DNA of 63,272 nt, filler included, from Welwitschia mirabilis (lineage: Eukaryota), in assembly GCA_051453625.1 (NCBI GenBank). It is 5 parts of one record of this genome, joined end to end, with 100 filler letters (N's around TTAATTAATTAA, not from the genome) between each part and the next. Parts side by side here need not be neighbours in the genome. Positions count along the whole stretch, not along the records: positions 1 to 31,425 come from JBOZIK010000001.1; positions 31,526 to 39,272 come from JBOZIK010000001.1; 3 more parts are not named here. One strand, given 5' to 3'. Below are positions 26,188 through 39,272 of this stretch, piece by piece; the stretch's first letter is position 1, and every line of letters begins with the position of its first letter. The notes beneath the pieces were generated by a model. It was given only the letters and a program-made list of their open reading frames with translations. It was not told the origin of the DNA and did not search any database. Made by a program: the position numbers and the translations under genes.

Positions 26188-28017
26188 TGTTGCAGTGTGA
26201 ATTTATGCAATTTTAAAGTTTTTTAGATAAACCTGTATATCAAATAACTTCCAGAAAAACACATGCTAGTATAGACCGGAGTTCACCTGAGTGTTGTAAC
26301 CCTAATAAAGGACTAGGCTCAGAGTTAGAAAATTGATTTTTAATGATTTCTTTTAGTCTTTTATTTTTCTAGTAACTGAAAGAAAATAAAGTAAATGTAA
26401 TGCAATACAAATGTATATGAATGCAAATGGATATAGAATGAATTCTATTAGTTCTTAATTATTTTATCACAAGAGCTAGCTCTCTATAATTCATATCAAT
26501 TAAGAAGAATTCCTTACTAGTTCCTAATCAATGTGAACTATGAAATAAACCAAGTAAAATATGTAATATGAAATTGAAATGAAATAATAATGCAAACCTA
26601 AACTAACTAAAGTCAACCTTAATAAAGGTTGCTCTTATAATCTAAATAAATCACAAAACTGTCATTGAACTATGAATAAATCAAAAACTATCACTTAACT
26701 ATAAACAACTTAAACCATAATGTACATATATAGAATTAGAATAAGAAAAGTAATTGTATTAATTTAAAGGACTTTACATCTACTTATAATAAAATAATAG
26801 CACCTTAATGGAAGAAACTTAGCCTAACACCAAGGAAACTCCTTTTTGTAGCTATTGAATAGATCTCTTATCCTTCAGTTTTCGATCATAAGCATATCAG
26901 GTACAAAAGATGGAAATTGTTGCGATGCGTATTTGTGCTTCTAATTCTAATATTCTAAAGATCAAATTTAACTTACAACATCTGAAAAGCTAAATATCTA
27001 TTTGCACACAATACACATTTGTATAATGGGATCAACCCAATTGTCGTACACCTAGAGAAGACTATCGAAAAAAATATGAAAAATTGCTTTCATCAAGAGA
27101 AGAATAAATATTTTGNNNNNNNNNNNNNNNNNNNNNNNNNNNNNNNNNNNNNNNNNNNNNNNNNNNNNNNNNNNNNNNNNNNNNNNNNNNNNNNNNNNNN
27201 NNNNNNNNNNNNNNNNNNNNNNNNNNNNNNNNNNNNNNNNNNNNNNNNNNNNNNNNNNNNNNNNNNTTATAACCTATTTCAATTACAAATTTATGTCACT
27301 TAAATTGTAATTAAGATAAGCTATAAGGAAGAATAATAAAACAGTTGAACAGATTTTAATTCAATCAATACTTTTTAATGAAATTGAAGTACATCCACTT
27401 ATGACAATAACTCCTTAATGAAATATTCTCTGTCTAACACCAAGGTGGCCCCTCTCACAAGTAGGATGGATCTCCTTGCCTTTAAAAATCTCCAAATATC
27501 ATAAGAATGTCAATGCAAAAGATGATTTTGAATAGGATTTGAAGGGGTCTATTTATAGGTTAGGATAGGTTGCTAAAGGGTATGAAATGAAGAGGTACAA
27601 GTTAAATACACCCTTTCATGACAATTTAATTAACTTTACATAAAATTTTAAGTGTCATTCCTTGTGTCATCCTCATAAAATAGAGGATGAAATACCATCT
27701 GCTAACTAATGCTTTGCACGTGTCCAAAAAGCTGACTGTCATCCCAATAGTCGTCTCCATGACAAAGAGGATGACCATAATTTCTTGGATGTCGTTCCCT
27801 CTGTCATCCCCTGATAGTGAGGATGACTAATATATCTTTATTATTTATCTTTGGTTGTTCTTTATTCAAAAATGACTTCTTATTTGGAGTATTATTGCAT
27901 ATTTTAGCCTGAATAGAAGCTTTGCATAATTTGCATAAATCCCTGGAAAAACCTGTAAATACTACCTGAAAATATACTTCACAAGTGCATTAAATAGGTT
28001 AAGTTGGCATATCAACA
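26188..28017 (-). repeat. 3' LTR (~1.8 kb) of a minus-strand Athila-like element
   Basis: TG...CA termini matching family LTR ends; PPT AAGTGGAGGG at 28021-28030 (minus). Confidence 0.8.
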
Positions 28018-31000
28018 TAGCCCTCCACTTAGCATTTGTTAGTTCCTAATAAAATAAGCAAATAACAAGTTACGAGCCAATTGATGAAAGAAACTCAAAA
28101 CATGTATATCATTTCGAATTAAGAGTTCAACATGTAAAATACATCTATGAAAAAGCATAAGTGAAATTAATGTATATTATAAATAATTAAGTTTAACATC
28201 ATAGAAAAGTTTCATAAATCATGAAGAAAAGATAAAGCAAGGTAATAATTTCATGATTGCAAGGTGAAGTGATTAAAGAGGTTATAAAAGGAAGATTGTT
28301 AAAAGAAAGGAGAGCACTAATTCTATCATGTGAAAGGATGGTTAAGGAAAAAGTTAATTTGATTTTATGNNNNNNNNNNNNNNNNNNNNNNNNNNNNNNN
28401 NNNNNNNNNNNNNNNNNNNNNNNNNNNNNNNNNNNNNNNNNNNNNNNNNNNNNNNNNNNNNNNNNNNNNNNNNNNNNNNNNNNNNNNNNNNNNNNNNNNN
28501 NNNNNNNNNNNNNNNNNNNNNNNNNNNNNNNNNNNNNNNNNNNNNNNNNNNNNNNNNNNNNNNNNNNNNNNNNNNNNNNNNNNNNNNNNNNNNNNNNNNN
28601 NNNNNNNNNNNNNNNNNNNNNNNNNNNNNNNNNNNNNNNNNNNNNNNNNNNNNNNNNNNNNNNNNNNNNNNNNNNNNNNNNNNNNNNNNNNNNNNNNNNN
28701 NNNNNNNNNNNNNNNNNNNNNNNNNNNNNNNNNNNNNNNNNNNNNNNNNNNNNNNNNNNNNNNNNNNNNNNNNNNNNNNNNNNNNNNNNNNNNNNNNNNN
28801 NNNNNNNNNNNNNNNNNNNNNNAGAAAGGAGAGCACTAATTCTATCATGTGAAAGGATGGTTAAGGAAAAAGTTAATTTGATGTTATGTATAATAATCAA
28901 GTGGTAAAAAATGTAACAAGTAGACTAGAAAATAACAAAGTTATAAACATTATTTTGGAAGAGGCAAGAAAAATGACTTTGAAAAGACGAACACTCAAAA
29001 TAAGATAAGATAAAAAGAAAAATATAAAAGATAGAACATAAAGAAGATTAACTTTTTGCCTAAAATTCAAACTTAGCAAAATTTCTTGGTAAGGTTATAA
29101 ATTTACTTGATATAAAAATACATGATTCAATGTAGAACACCATCGAATACCATTTAAAAGGGAAGTAATGATAACAATATCTACTAGTTATGTTTAGCAA
29201 AGTATCAAGTTATGTTTGAACTATGGTTCAATCCATCTTTAGCTGTAACAACCATAGTACTTTGATAAGATATCATCTAATAATTAATATACTCATATGC
29301 TCTTGAAGTCTATGCCTTAGAGTGATGGGAGTTTTAGTCAATAAGGTGTTGAACAACACCATTCATCATGATGAGGGAAGTGTAGCCACTGCCAAGAGAA
29401 TAAGGACCTATAAGCCGAAGCTAGATCATGNNNNNNNNNNNNNNNNNNNNNNNNNNNNNNNNNNNNNNNNNNNNNNNNNNNNNNNNNNNNNNNNNNNNNN
29501 NNNNNNNNNNNNNNNNNNNNNNNNNNNNNNNNNNNNNNNNNNNNNNNNNNNNNNNNNNNNNNNNNNNNNNNNNNNNNNNNNNNNNNNNNNNNNNNNNNNN
29601 NNNNNNNNNNNNNNNNNNNNNNNNNNNNNNNNNNNNNNNNNNNNNNNNNNNNNNNNNNNNNNNNNNNNNNNNNNNNNNNNNNNNNNNNNNNNNNNNNNNN
29701 NNNNNNNNNNNNNNNNNNNNNNNNNNNNNNNNNNNNNNNNNNNNNNNNNNNNNNNNNNNNNNNNNNNNNNNNNNNNNNNNNNNNNNNNNNNNNNNNNNNN
29801 NNNNNNNNNNNNNNNNNNNNNNNNNNNNNNNNNNNNNNNNNNNNNNNNNNNNNNNNNNNNNNNNNNNNNNNNNNNNNNNNNNNNNNNNNNNNNNNNNNNN
29901 NNNNNNNNNNNNNNNNNNNNNNNNNNNNNNNNNNNNNNNNNNNNNNNNNNNNNNNNNNNNNNNNNNNNNNNNNNNNNNTCCAAGTTAATTGCTTCTATCA
30001 TGTTCAAGGTATAACAACAATTATCTATAGATGTATAAAGCTTTAACCTTTGTCCATTTACTCTTTGGGTTTCTTAAGTTTAAAGATTAGAGATCTTAAC
30101 AGATCCATTAGAATGTACCCTTTCCATATGATAAGGATTAAGCCATTTGAAAGTCAACTTGTTATGTATAGGATGTACTTGATTATTATGCAAAACCACA
30201 AATTGACCTGTGTCCATAAGTTTAGAAATTTTATCCTTAACTACTGGCTTAATGATAGGATTAAGTAAGGATTTTTTTTTTCAAAGAAGGATGAAGTTAA
30301 AAACTAGCTATTAAGGGCTTATTAGGAGTATTATTTAAGAACATGTATTTCAAGCCATTGGGAAAGTCTTTAAGTTGAAGGTTATTTTCATCCTTCAAAG
30401 TTGTTGAATACCCATCTTGATGTACGAGATTGGCAATGGATATTACATGTAAAAGGTTTAAGTTAAGGTTGTAAGGATTAGAGGATTTAAAAGATTTAAA
30501 ACTAATAGAAGATTCTTCCTCACCCTTAAACAAGATAGAGTTATGTAAAACAAAGGAGCTTTTCTTCGAAAGGATGATTTTGAACTAACATGGATGGCTT
30601 AAATTTTTCTTCTATGTCTAATTCATCTTCTAGGTCTTTTTCAACAACATCAAATACTCTAATACTAAATGTTTTATTGCTTATATAACATTCCATCATT
30701 CCTGTGCGAGTATCAATGACACAATGGGCTGTTACACAAAAGGATCTTCCTAAAAGTAGAGGGTATCAACCATTATGTTCAACCTCTATAATAACCACAT
30801 ATATAGGGTAGAAAGCTTTTTCAATATGAATTACTAAGTATTTGATTATTCCTTTAGGTTTTTTAATTGATGCATTAGCCAATTCCAATACTATTTTAGT
30901 AGGTTCAATTCTACTTTCTAATCCAAGATTTTTACAAATGTGCAAAAGCATAATATTGACACTTGCTCCTATGTCTATTAGATATTTCTTGATTCTCTTA

Positions 31001-31425
31001 TTTCCTTCCAAAATAACACCAATAGTAGCTGCCCCTGGATCTTTAAACTTAGGACATTTTTAAGAAACTAAGTTGGAAAGAGATTGTGAAATAAATACTT
31101 TACTTGGAATTAACCTTTTTTATTTTCTTTTTACTAAGTCCTTCCAAATTTTGTTGTACTTGGGGTTGTCTTGAAGGATCTTCTAAAAGGGTAGGTTGAT
31201 AGTAACATCATTCATAACTACTTTCAAATATTCATTATAAGTTGGATTCTTGTTTAATATCTCTAGCCATGGGGTAGTCTTCTCCTTAGAATATTGGTTG
31301 TTGTTGTTGGACTTAGAAAAGTTTGGTTGATCAAGAATTTCAATATCTTCTTCTTTAGATTTTTCTTTATGAATAGAAGTTGAAAGTTTCTCATAAGGAG
31401 TAGTGTTATGTCCACTTCTAGTTAC
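28018..31425 (-). mobile_element. Athila-like internal region: gag end and protease (30100-31425), then 3' UTR with no RT/RH/IN
   Basis: LIDIGASVNIM, PLLLGRSF, LKDFPNGLKYMFL spacer. The conserved 3'-UTR block is at ~29366-29430. Confidence 0.8.
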
Positions 31426-31469
31426 NNNNNNNNNNNNNNNNNNNNNNNNNNNNNNNNNNNNNNNNNNNN

Positions 31470-31481
31470 TTAATTAATTAA
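31470..31481. other. Artificial scaffold linker TTAATTAATTAA (also 39317-39328, 47916-47927, 59698-59709)
   Basis: Identical six-frame-stop 12-mer centred in 100-bp N blocks, four times. Confidence 0.95.
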
Positions 31482-31525
31482 NNNNNNNNNNNNNNNNNNN
31501 NNNNNNNNNNNNNNNNNNNNNNNNN

Positions 31526-34500
31526 TTATTTCATCATCATCAAAATCATTTTTAACTACATCAAAGACTCTAATGATAAATGTTCTATTTTCAAAATGAA
31601 ATTTCATTATTCCTGCTTTTGTATCAATGATGCAGTGGGTGGTTGCACAAAAGGCTCTACCTAAAAGTAAAGGATATGCTTCGTTATACTTAGCTTCTAT
31701 GATAATCATATCTATGAGGTAGCAAGCCTCTTCTATTTGAACTGCCAAATCTTTAATGATGCTTAACAATTTCTTAACTAATGTATCTGCTAATTCTAAG
31801 ACAACCAGAGTAGGCTCTATTCTATCCTCCAAAACCAAGTCTCTTACAAATGTGAAGTGGCATAATATTACCACTTGCTCCAATGTAAATCAAAGCTTTT
31901 CTAATCTTTTTGTTTTCCTTCAAAGTAACATTTACCATTGCTACTCCTAAATCTTTAAATTTGGGTTATTTTTGTAATACTAAATTTGTGAGAAATTGGA
32001 TAAGAAAGACTTTACTAGTAATAAATCTTTTATGTTTTCTTCTTATTAGGTCTTTTCATAATTTTAAATACCCTGGGTTTTCCTATAAAACTTTCCAAAA
32101 AGGTAAGTTTATGCTCATTTTTTTAATCAAATCTTTTAAGTGATCATTAAAGGTTGAATTATTGTTAAGCCTATCCATCCAAGGGATGGTTTGTTGAGAA
32201 GGATTCTTCTTTTTCTTTTTGCTAAAATAAGGGGAGTTATAATCTTCTAATATTTTAATGTCCTATTCCTCTTCTTCTTTATCATTTTTAAAATTATTTT
32301 GGAAGGTGGAAGGTTCACATGGAGGAGGATTTATTTCTTATTTACTTCTTGTCACAACTTTATAATCTTTTCTTAGTTTATTTGGATTTGTTAAAGGTTA
32401 TGTTGCTAAAGTTTCTTGAAGTATTTAGTTTGCTAGCATTGTTTGTTGAAAGATGCTTATTAATTTTTCAAGTTTGGCATTTGTTTCTTTACAAGATCTT
32501 TTAATTTCATCTATAAGATTTATGATTAAATTATTTGGATGTTGATAATTGAATGAACTTGATGGGTAGATTACATTTTTGAATAGGTTTCTAAAAGGTT
32601 GAGAATTATTTTGAAAATGAGTTTTTAATATTGGTTATACTTGATAGAAGTTTTAAGATGGTTTATTGAAAGCAAAAACTTCTTATTGAATTCTTTCTTT
32701 ATATATTAATAAAAGAGGATAGTTTTTAGTAATATAATCATTATCTTCACATAAGTCACAAGTTTACACAACATTTCTTTCAATTGTGGTTTTATCGTCT
32801 AAGATCATTTCCACATATTTATCCAAGGTTGTTATAAAATATTTTATGGGATTTATAGGATTGTATTTTACCTCTTTTCATTGTTTAACCTTTTTAAGTC
32901 CTTGATAAGTTGTCCTACTATTTGATTTTTTTAAGGTGTTGACCAAGTTTAACTAACCTCCACAAGTTCTTCTAATTTTGTCTAGGTGTCTTCTAATGTA
33001 AGGTTTATAAGGCTTTCTCTACAAGAAAAATCTATAATTTGTTTCATGTGTGGAGTGAATCCATTATAAAAATGATCTAGTTTTTATACTCTTAAAAACG
33101 CATCTACTAGATTAGAATGAATTGTTATAGAAAAACATTCATAAGTAGAGGTATAATCTTCATTTGGTCTTTGTTGGAAGTTTGTTACCTCTTTTTTATT
33201 TTTCTTATGGTTTCTTCACTCATAAATCTTTTTACAAAGGTTTCCCATACTTGACCCATGTTTTTAGGATTTTGTGAGGTATAGCCTTTAGCCAAAGTTT
33301 TGCCCTATCTTTTAATGTCATGGAAAATATTACCATATATGTTCTATCCATTATTTTTTCTTTCCATTTCCTGAGGTGAGAATAAGTTGTTTAATATCTC
33401 CAATGTGTTGAAAGGGATCCTCATAATCTTCTCTACTAAAAATGGATAGGCATGTAAATTTTTAAGTTCGACATCATCTCCCGAGGGAAGGTTAAAAAGT
33501 GTTTAAATTTCTATTTTCTTATTGGCTAACAATTCCCTTAGGGTAAGGTTAGCATTATGGGTAGAAGATTCTACAACTTGTTTTTGCTTACAGGAGGCAT
33601 TTGACATTGTAAATTAATTGTTCTCTTCTAGAGAATTTTAATTAAAAAAATCTGATTTAGAAAAAATAAATTTAAAAGAAGGATTGGGTGCATCTAGAGA
33701 TTGTTTTTTGGTTTCATTTTCTATATCTACTAATCCTTCTTTAATGTTATTTTCTATTAGCTGCTTTTCTCTTAAATATTTTTTCTCTATGTTGATCATA
33801 TCACAGCATCCTGTAAATAGCAAACAACAAAAAACAGATAAAAAATAATAGACCTTTATCCTATTTGTCATGGGGACAATAGAAGGAATGACCCACATAG
33901 ATATTAAAAAATAGCAATAGAATCGAAATTGAAAACAAGAAGCAGAAAATACAAGAAATAGGCTTGTCATTCACCTGATCGTTCGGATGTCATAGGAGAT
34001 GATACAACTAATTTATTTCAAAAAAATTGCAATCCAAAAATAAAATCAAAGACAAAAAATAAAATAATATTGTCTTGACTGTCATGGGGATGATAGAGGA
34101 GATGACCACTCTTTTTCACAAAAAACTAAAATCGAAGAACCAAAACTAAAAGAAACTGCACATAGAAATCCTATAGCTTCTAATAAAATACAATATCACA
34201 TAGATAAATAATCAAACTGAGGTCCAATATCTTCACTTAAATGATGACAACCCTTATACTCCTTAATAGCATTTCTCAAAAATGGCACAAAGATGTTACA
34301 GTATATATTTATATAAGTTTTTACATTCAAAGAGATCCTATCATTTATAACTAAAATAGATATCTTACATAATGCATTACATTAGTATAGTGGGAGTATA
34401 CCCAAATGTCATATCTCATTAAAGTCTATGAGATGAAACTCAGGTTGCTTTGTAAAATAATACTAGGAACTAGAAATAAAGAATAATTCAAAAAAATAAA

Positions 34501-35370
34501 GATACAATGCAAGATGCAAGATGTAATCTAAATTAACATGTAATGCAAAAATAATCCTAACACTACTTGCTTTCAATTTTAACAAAGTCTACCCTTGATG
34601 ATTTATGTCACCCAAGAAATTATCACTAGATCAAGGATAATTATAAATCATAAGATAATTAAAAAATCTAAGATGCAAACATGAAAAGAAAACCAAGTTT
34701 TATATTAAAAGAGTAATAACATCTAGGTTACAAAATAGCCAGGTCTCAATAGATGATACACAACACTCCACTAAGTACACATATTTCTGCAACACACATA
34801 GATGGATCTCTTGCCTTTTGATCTCTTGTCATGAGAATGTAGTGCAATGAAGATGAGAAGGAGAGTTAAGGAAGGGGGAGGCTTTATTTATAAGAAAATA
34901 CAATAGAAAAGAAAAAATAGTAGATAAGGAAAGGCACACTTATTTACAACTTAGAAATGGATGAAATGGTTAAGGGAATTTGTTAGAGTTGGTTACATGT
35001 CGATGTCATCTAGGCTGTTGTTTAAATAATAGTGGGAAAGATAGTACATTATAGAATATTCTCAAAATGATGACTCAGTAATCCACATCAGCAGTCATCA
35101 TCCTATCTGTCATGGGAACGACAAAGGGAATGATGATTTTCTTTGATCATTTTTTTGAGGAGAAACTGAGCATTTTTGTCATTAATCCTTTTTCAAATCT
35201 CTATGAATTAGAAAATGCCTTTAATACATCAAATTTGGATAAGAATTACACTTTTCTAATATTTCCTCTTATATCTCCAAGATCCTTAGAATTTCACCTA
35301 AACCTATAAAAAAGTCCTACAAAATAATCCATAAAACCTCATTAAATAACCATAAATTAGTAGTGTAACA
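31526..35370 (-). mobile_element. Athila-like element 5' part: gag-protease 31526-~33800, PBS ~34273-34290, 5' LTR 34294-35370
   Basis: YPLLLGRAFCATT protease C-terminus, gag homology to 39373-40900, LTR with TG/CA ends. Inserted into a family A extra ORF. Confidence 0.82.
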
Positions 35371-36900
35371 CAAGTTATTAAAAAAGTTTGAGAAGAAACT
35401 AGCATGCTAAGAGTGTTCTGTAGTCACTTTATAGCTTAGAGAGCTTAAGGAAGTCATTAAACTCCTAAGAAATTAGAATCTTGATCACTTTTTAGGTGTT
35501 TCTAGCTCTGCTTATTCATTTATTACTCAGATGTTTTATTGTAATAATTCTTATGATTATGACTCTAGAATCTTTAAAATCCTTATTTTAAGAAAGCAAC
35601 TAAGAGTAATAGCTAATCTTATTTTTGAGCTGACCGATCTTCTTAAGGGTGACTATGAAGGGATATCTATTGTAATGTGTATTTTTAGAAGCACATCCTT
35701 TTTACTTCTTTGTTAATATCAAAATATCATTTTTTTTCACTTGATTTTTATTTATAATTTCTTACCTTTAGCTAGACATCGTGATGAGGCTTCTGCTATA
35801 GATCCTATTTAATGTATTTGGTAGGGATTGAGCATTTTATTGATGCTCCTGCCATTATACGGAAGAATATGGTCTCACAGCTAGAGTGACATAGGACTAA
35901 GGCATTATCCTACTCTATGCTTATCACAAGTTTGTGTCACCATTTTTGTGTTACCTTCCATTTGAAACTAGATACCCTCTAGCCTATGGCACTCATTGGA
36001 TGTGCAACCTTATCCCGTATGCACATCTTTACCTCAGCTAAGAAATCCTCGAAGTCTTCCTTTTCAAAGGACGCCTTTCTTAATGAGAACCTTTTATATC
36101 TAAAATAAATTAATTCCAGTATTAGACACATAAAAGAAGCACTCATAGTAGCTAGTTATGATATTGTTGATACCTCAGCAGAAGCCACCAGCTCATCATG
36201 CATAGGAGATAATGAAAAAGATTTATAGGAAGACTCTAAAAAAGAAGAATAAGAAGAAGAGGAGGAGAATTCTGATTAGAAATTTTAGATTATGTTTTGC
36301 TTTGTGTTTATTTTTTCTTTTTTATCATTGATGTTAAAAGGGGGAGAATTAGTTGTTTATTGTTGAATTTTTTTTATGTATACTCTTGATGAGTACTTCT
36401 ATTTTGTAATGTTTGCACTTTTACTTTGTAACGTTTACTTATGTTTAATGAAATGAACTTATCTATTTTACACAAATTGTGTTTCAATTGGTATCTTAAA
36501 TATTTTTATGCTTTTACAAATCATAAATGCTTAACATGTTTTTTAATTGGTATCATATGTGCTTAACTTGAAAAGTTTAAAGTATTTTAACATTAGAAAT
36601 AAATCTTAATATATGACATCTAATTAAAATGTTAAATGATTTACATGATCACATTATGTTTATCATAAAGTTATGCCCTTGACCTTTCAAATGTGCATAT
36701 TAAATTTGTTCCATTTAAAGCACAAAATTTGATTGTTCAAAATGTCCTAATTTATTCTAAAAAGTGTATTAACTTGTAATAGGCATTTTGTAAGGATGAA
36801 ATTTTTCAAAGTCCTAATATATCACAACTAAGTATTATTTGCCATCAATGTCAAAGGGGGAGATTGTTAGATTATGTTTTACCAATTGATGTTAAACTAA
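35371..36900 (+). mobile_element. Family A SIRE 3' part: extra ORF remnant (35371-36278), 3' UTR, PPT 36853-36864, LTR start 36865
   Basis: Reverse-complement homology to 3800-5970; AAAGGGGGAGAT|TGTTAG junction. Confidence 0.85.
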
Positions 36901-37000
36901 NNNNNNNNNNNNNNNNNNNNNNNNNNNNNNNNNNNNNNNNNNNNNNNNNNNNNNNNNNNNNNNNNNNNNNNNNNNNNNNNNNNNNNNNNNNNNNNNNNNN

Positions 37001-37622
37001 GTTTACTTATGTTTAATGAAATGCACTTATCTATTTTGCATAAAATTGTGTTTCAATTAGTAAACCAAATACACTTTTACAAATTATATATTCTTAACAT
37101 GTTTTTCTATTGGTATCATATATGCTTAACTTGAAAAATTTTAATTATTCTAACATTGAAAATAAATTTTAATATATATGACATCTAATTAAAATGTTAA
37201 ATAAGTTACATGATCACATTATGATTATTATAAAGTTGTGCCTTTTAAACTTTCAAATGTGCATATTAAACTTCTTTCATTTAAAGCATAAAATTTGATT
37301 GTTCAAAATGTTTTAACTTGTTTCAAAAGGAGTATTATTTTGTAATAGGCATTTTGTAAGGAGGAGCTTTTTTAAAGTTCTAATTTTTTACAACTAAGTA
37401 TTATTTGCCATCAATGTCAAAGGGGGAGGTTGTTAGATTATATTTTACTAATTTATATCAAACTAATATTTTCTATAAGCAAATTCTATGTATCCTATGC
37501 AGAAGATGTTAATTACTTATAGGCTAAAAGATGAAACTAAAACCATCAATTTTTGAGTACTAGAAACCTGTTAGTTTTTTTACTCTCTTGAGGGATCAAC
37601 TAGACTTTCAAGAGGTTGATCA
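37001..37622 (+). mobile_element. Second family A 3' UTR, PPT and LTR start (LTR from 37431)
   Basis: Diverged repeat of 36433-36900; AGGGGGAGGT|TGTTAG junction. Confidence 0.82.
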
Positions 37623-39090
37623 TGATAGGATAGAGAACCCTGGGGAGGGGGGGGGAAGGATCAATAGGTTCTTTAAAAATTCAAAAACAATATTCTAATT
37701 AAATTCAATCTAAAATAAAACTTGCATACAATAATGAACTAATCTAGAATGTGCACAATATGAGAAAATAATGGAAGCAAAGAAACAAAACTGAAAGCAC
37801 AAAAATACCATTTTGATGCAATCCAAATTTATAGTAATTCAGGAAACCTCCTCCTCTATTCTCAACGATCAGCTTATCCCCAAGCTAGATCTCAGATCTT
37901 CGTTACTCCACTAGGTATTCCAAGTCAACCTGTAATCTTTACAAATAGATATTTCCAAGGTTAGTTTTAACCTTTAGAATAGACTTTTTAAGCCCTAGTC
38001 TCAACCTTTAGAATGGAATTTTCAAGACTTAGTCTTAACCTTTAGAATGGACATTTCAAGGCTTAATTTTAACCTTTAGAATGGACTTTTTAGTGCTTAA
38101 TCTTAACCTTTCACAGAGTAAGACAGTGATGTAATGATGCCTTTAGAATACAAATATTACTAGTTTTTAAATCAGTAAATTGGATGGAGCTCTCCTTTTT
38201 TAGAAGTAAAACAAATGAAGCTCTTGATTCAACCTTGAATGTGGAGAGGATGCCAATATTATATCTTCTTCAATCAGAAATGTAGATGCCAAGATACAAT
38301 ACTGAAAATCACTTAAATGCAATGCTTAATCCTTCAGATCCAATAGATATAAATAAAAATGATTTCAAAATATTATTTGGTCATTTATGTCTTAGCTATT
38401 TATATTGGAAGGCTTTTAGGGTTTATTACATTTAAAATGTGCTTCTAATTACTATAAACATCTAGAAAACAACTACATAATGGATACATAATGTTTAAAA
38501 AAAATTTTACTTCCATTTCATTTCATTAATCCTATAAAATCTGGTCAACCCATGTGGTGCCATGAGTTACATAATGGATACATAATGTTTAAAAAAATTT
38601 TTACTTCCATTTCATTTCATTAATCCTATAAAATCTGGTCAACCCATGTGGTGCCATGAGTTATATAGGTCACTCGAGTGATAAACTTAATTACCTTAAT
38701 TTCTTACACCTTCCTGTCCGGTCGATCTCATCTAAATCTGGTCGATTCCAGTCTAATTGCCTGCTACTTTATTCAATTACCTACTCCTCTAATAAAATTA
38801 CTTTCCATATTCTTGCATTAAGTTCGGTCGACCACTTCAAGTGTCCAGTCAACTTCATGATGATCAGCTTAAGCATACTAGCTACATAGTTTTCAGGTCC
38901 GATCAACCCCATCATAGGTTTAGTTAACCCCTTCTCATTTAGTCTAGGAATATTGTTTATTAGGTCCTTAAATCCATTTGACCTCATAAAGATCTGGTCA
39001 ACTCCTTTTCATTTCATTCAGGGACACTGGTTCTCAAGGTTACAGGGCTGGTCGACTCCATCAAAAATATGATCGACCCCTTTGGATGCA
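37623..39090 (-). repeat. Family A LTR inserted in opposite orientation into a family A LTR
   Basis: Starts TGATAGGAT, colinear with 11841-13160, truncated by an Athila LTR at 39091. Confidence 0.88.
38474..38661. repeat. Near-perfect ~94-bp tandem duplication within the LTR
   Basis: TACATAATGG...CATGAGT occurs twice here and once in the other two LTR copies. Confidence 0.9.
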
Positions 39091-39272
39091 TGTTATGCTA
39101 TTAAATTATAGTTATTTGATGGGGTTTTATGAGTTATTTTGCAGGACTTTCATATAAGTTTAGATGCAATTCTGAGGATTTTGAAGATATAAGTAAAAAT
39201 ATTAGAAAAGTACAACTCTTATCTAAATTTATTGTATTAAAGGCACTTTCTGATGCACAGAGCTTTTAAGAA
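39091..39272 (+). repeat. Start of Athila-like LTR
   Basis: TGTTATGCTATTAAATT matches the reverse complement of ~35190-35370. Confidence 0.8.

Noticed and set aside
31470..31481. Palindromic TTAATTAATTAA recurring four times
   Set aside because: Always centred in 100-bp N blocks; it is a synthetic assembly linker.
37642..37660. G-run with possible G-quadruplex
   Set aside because: A homopolymer expansion in a single LTR copy; the other copies have only short G tracts.
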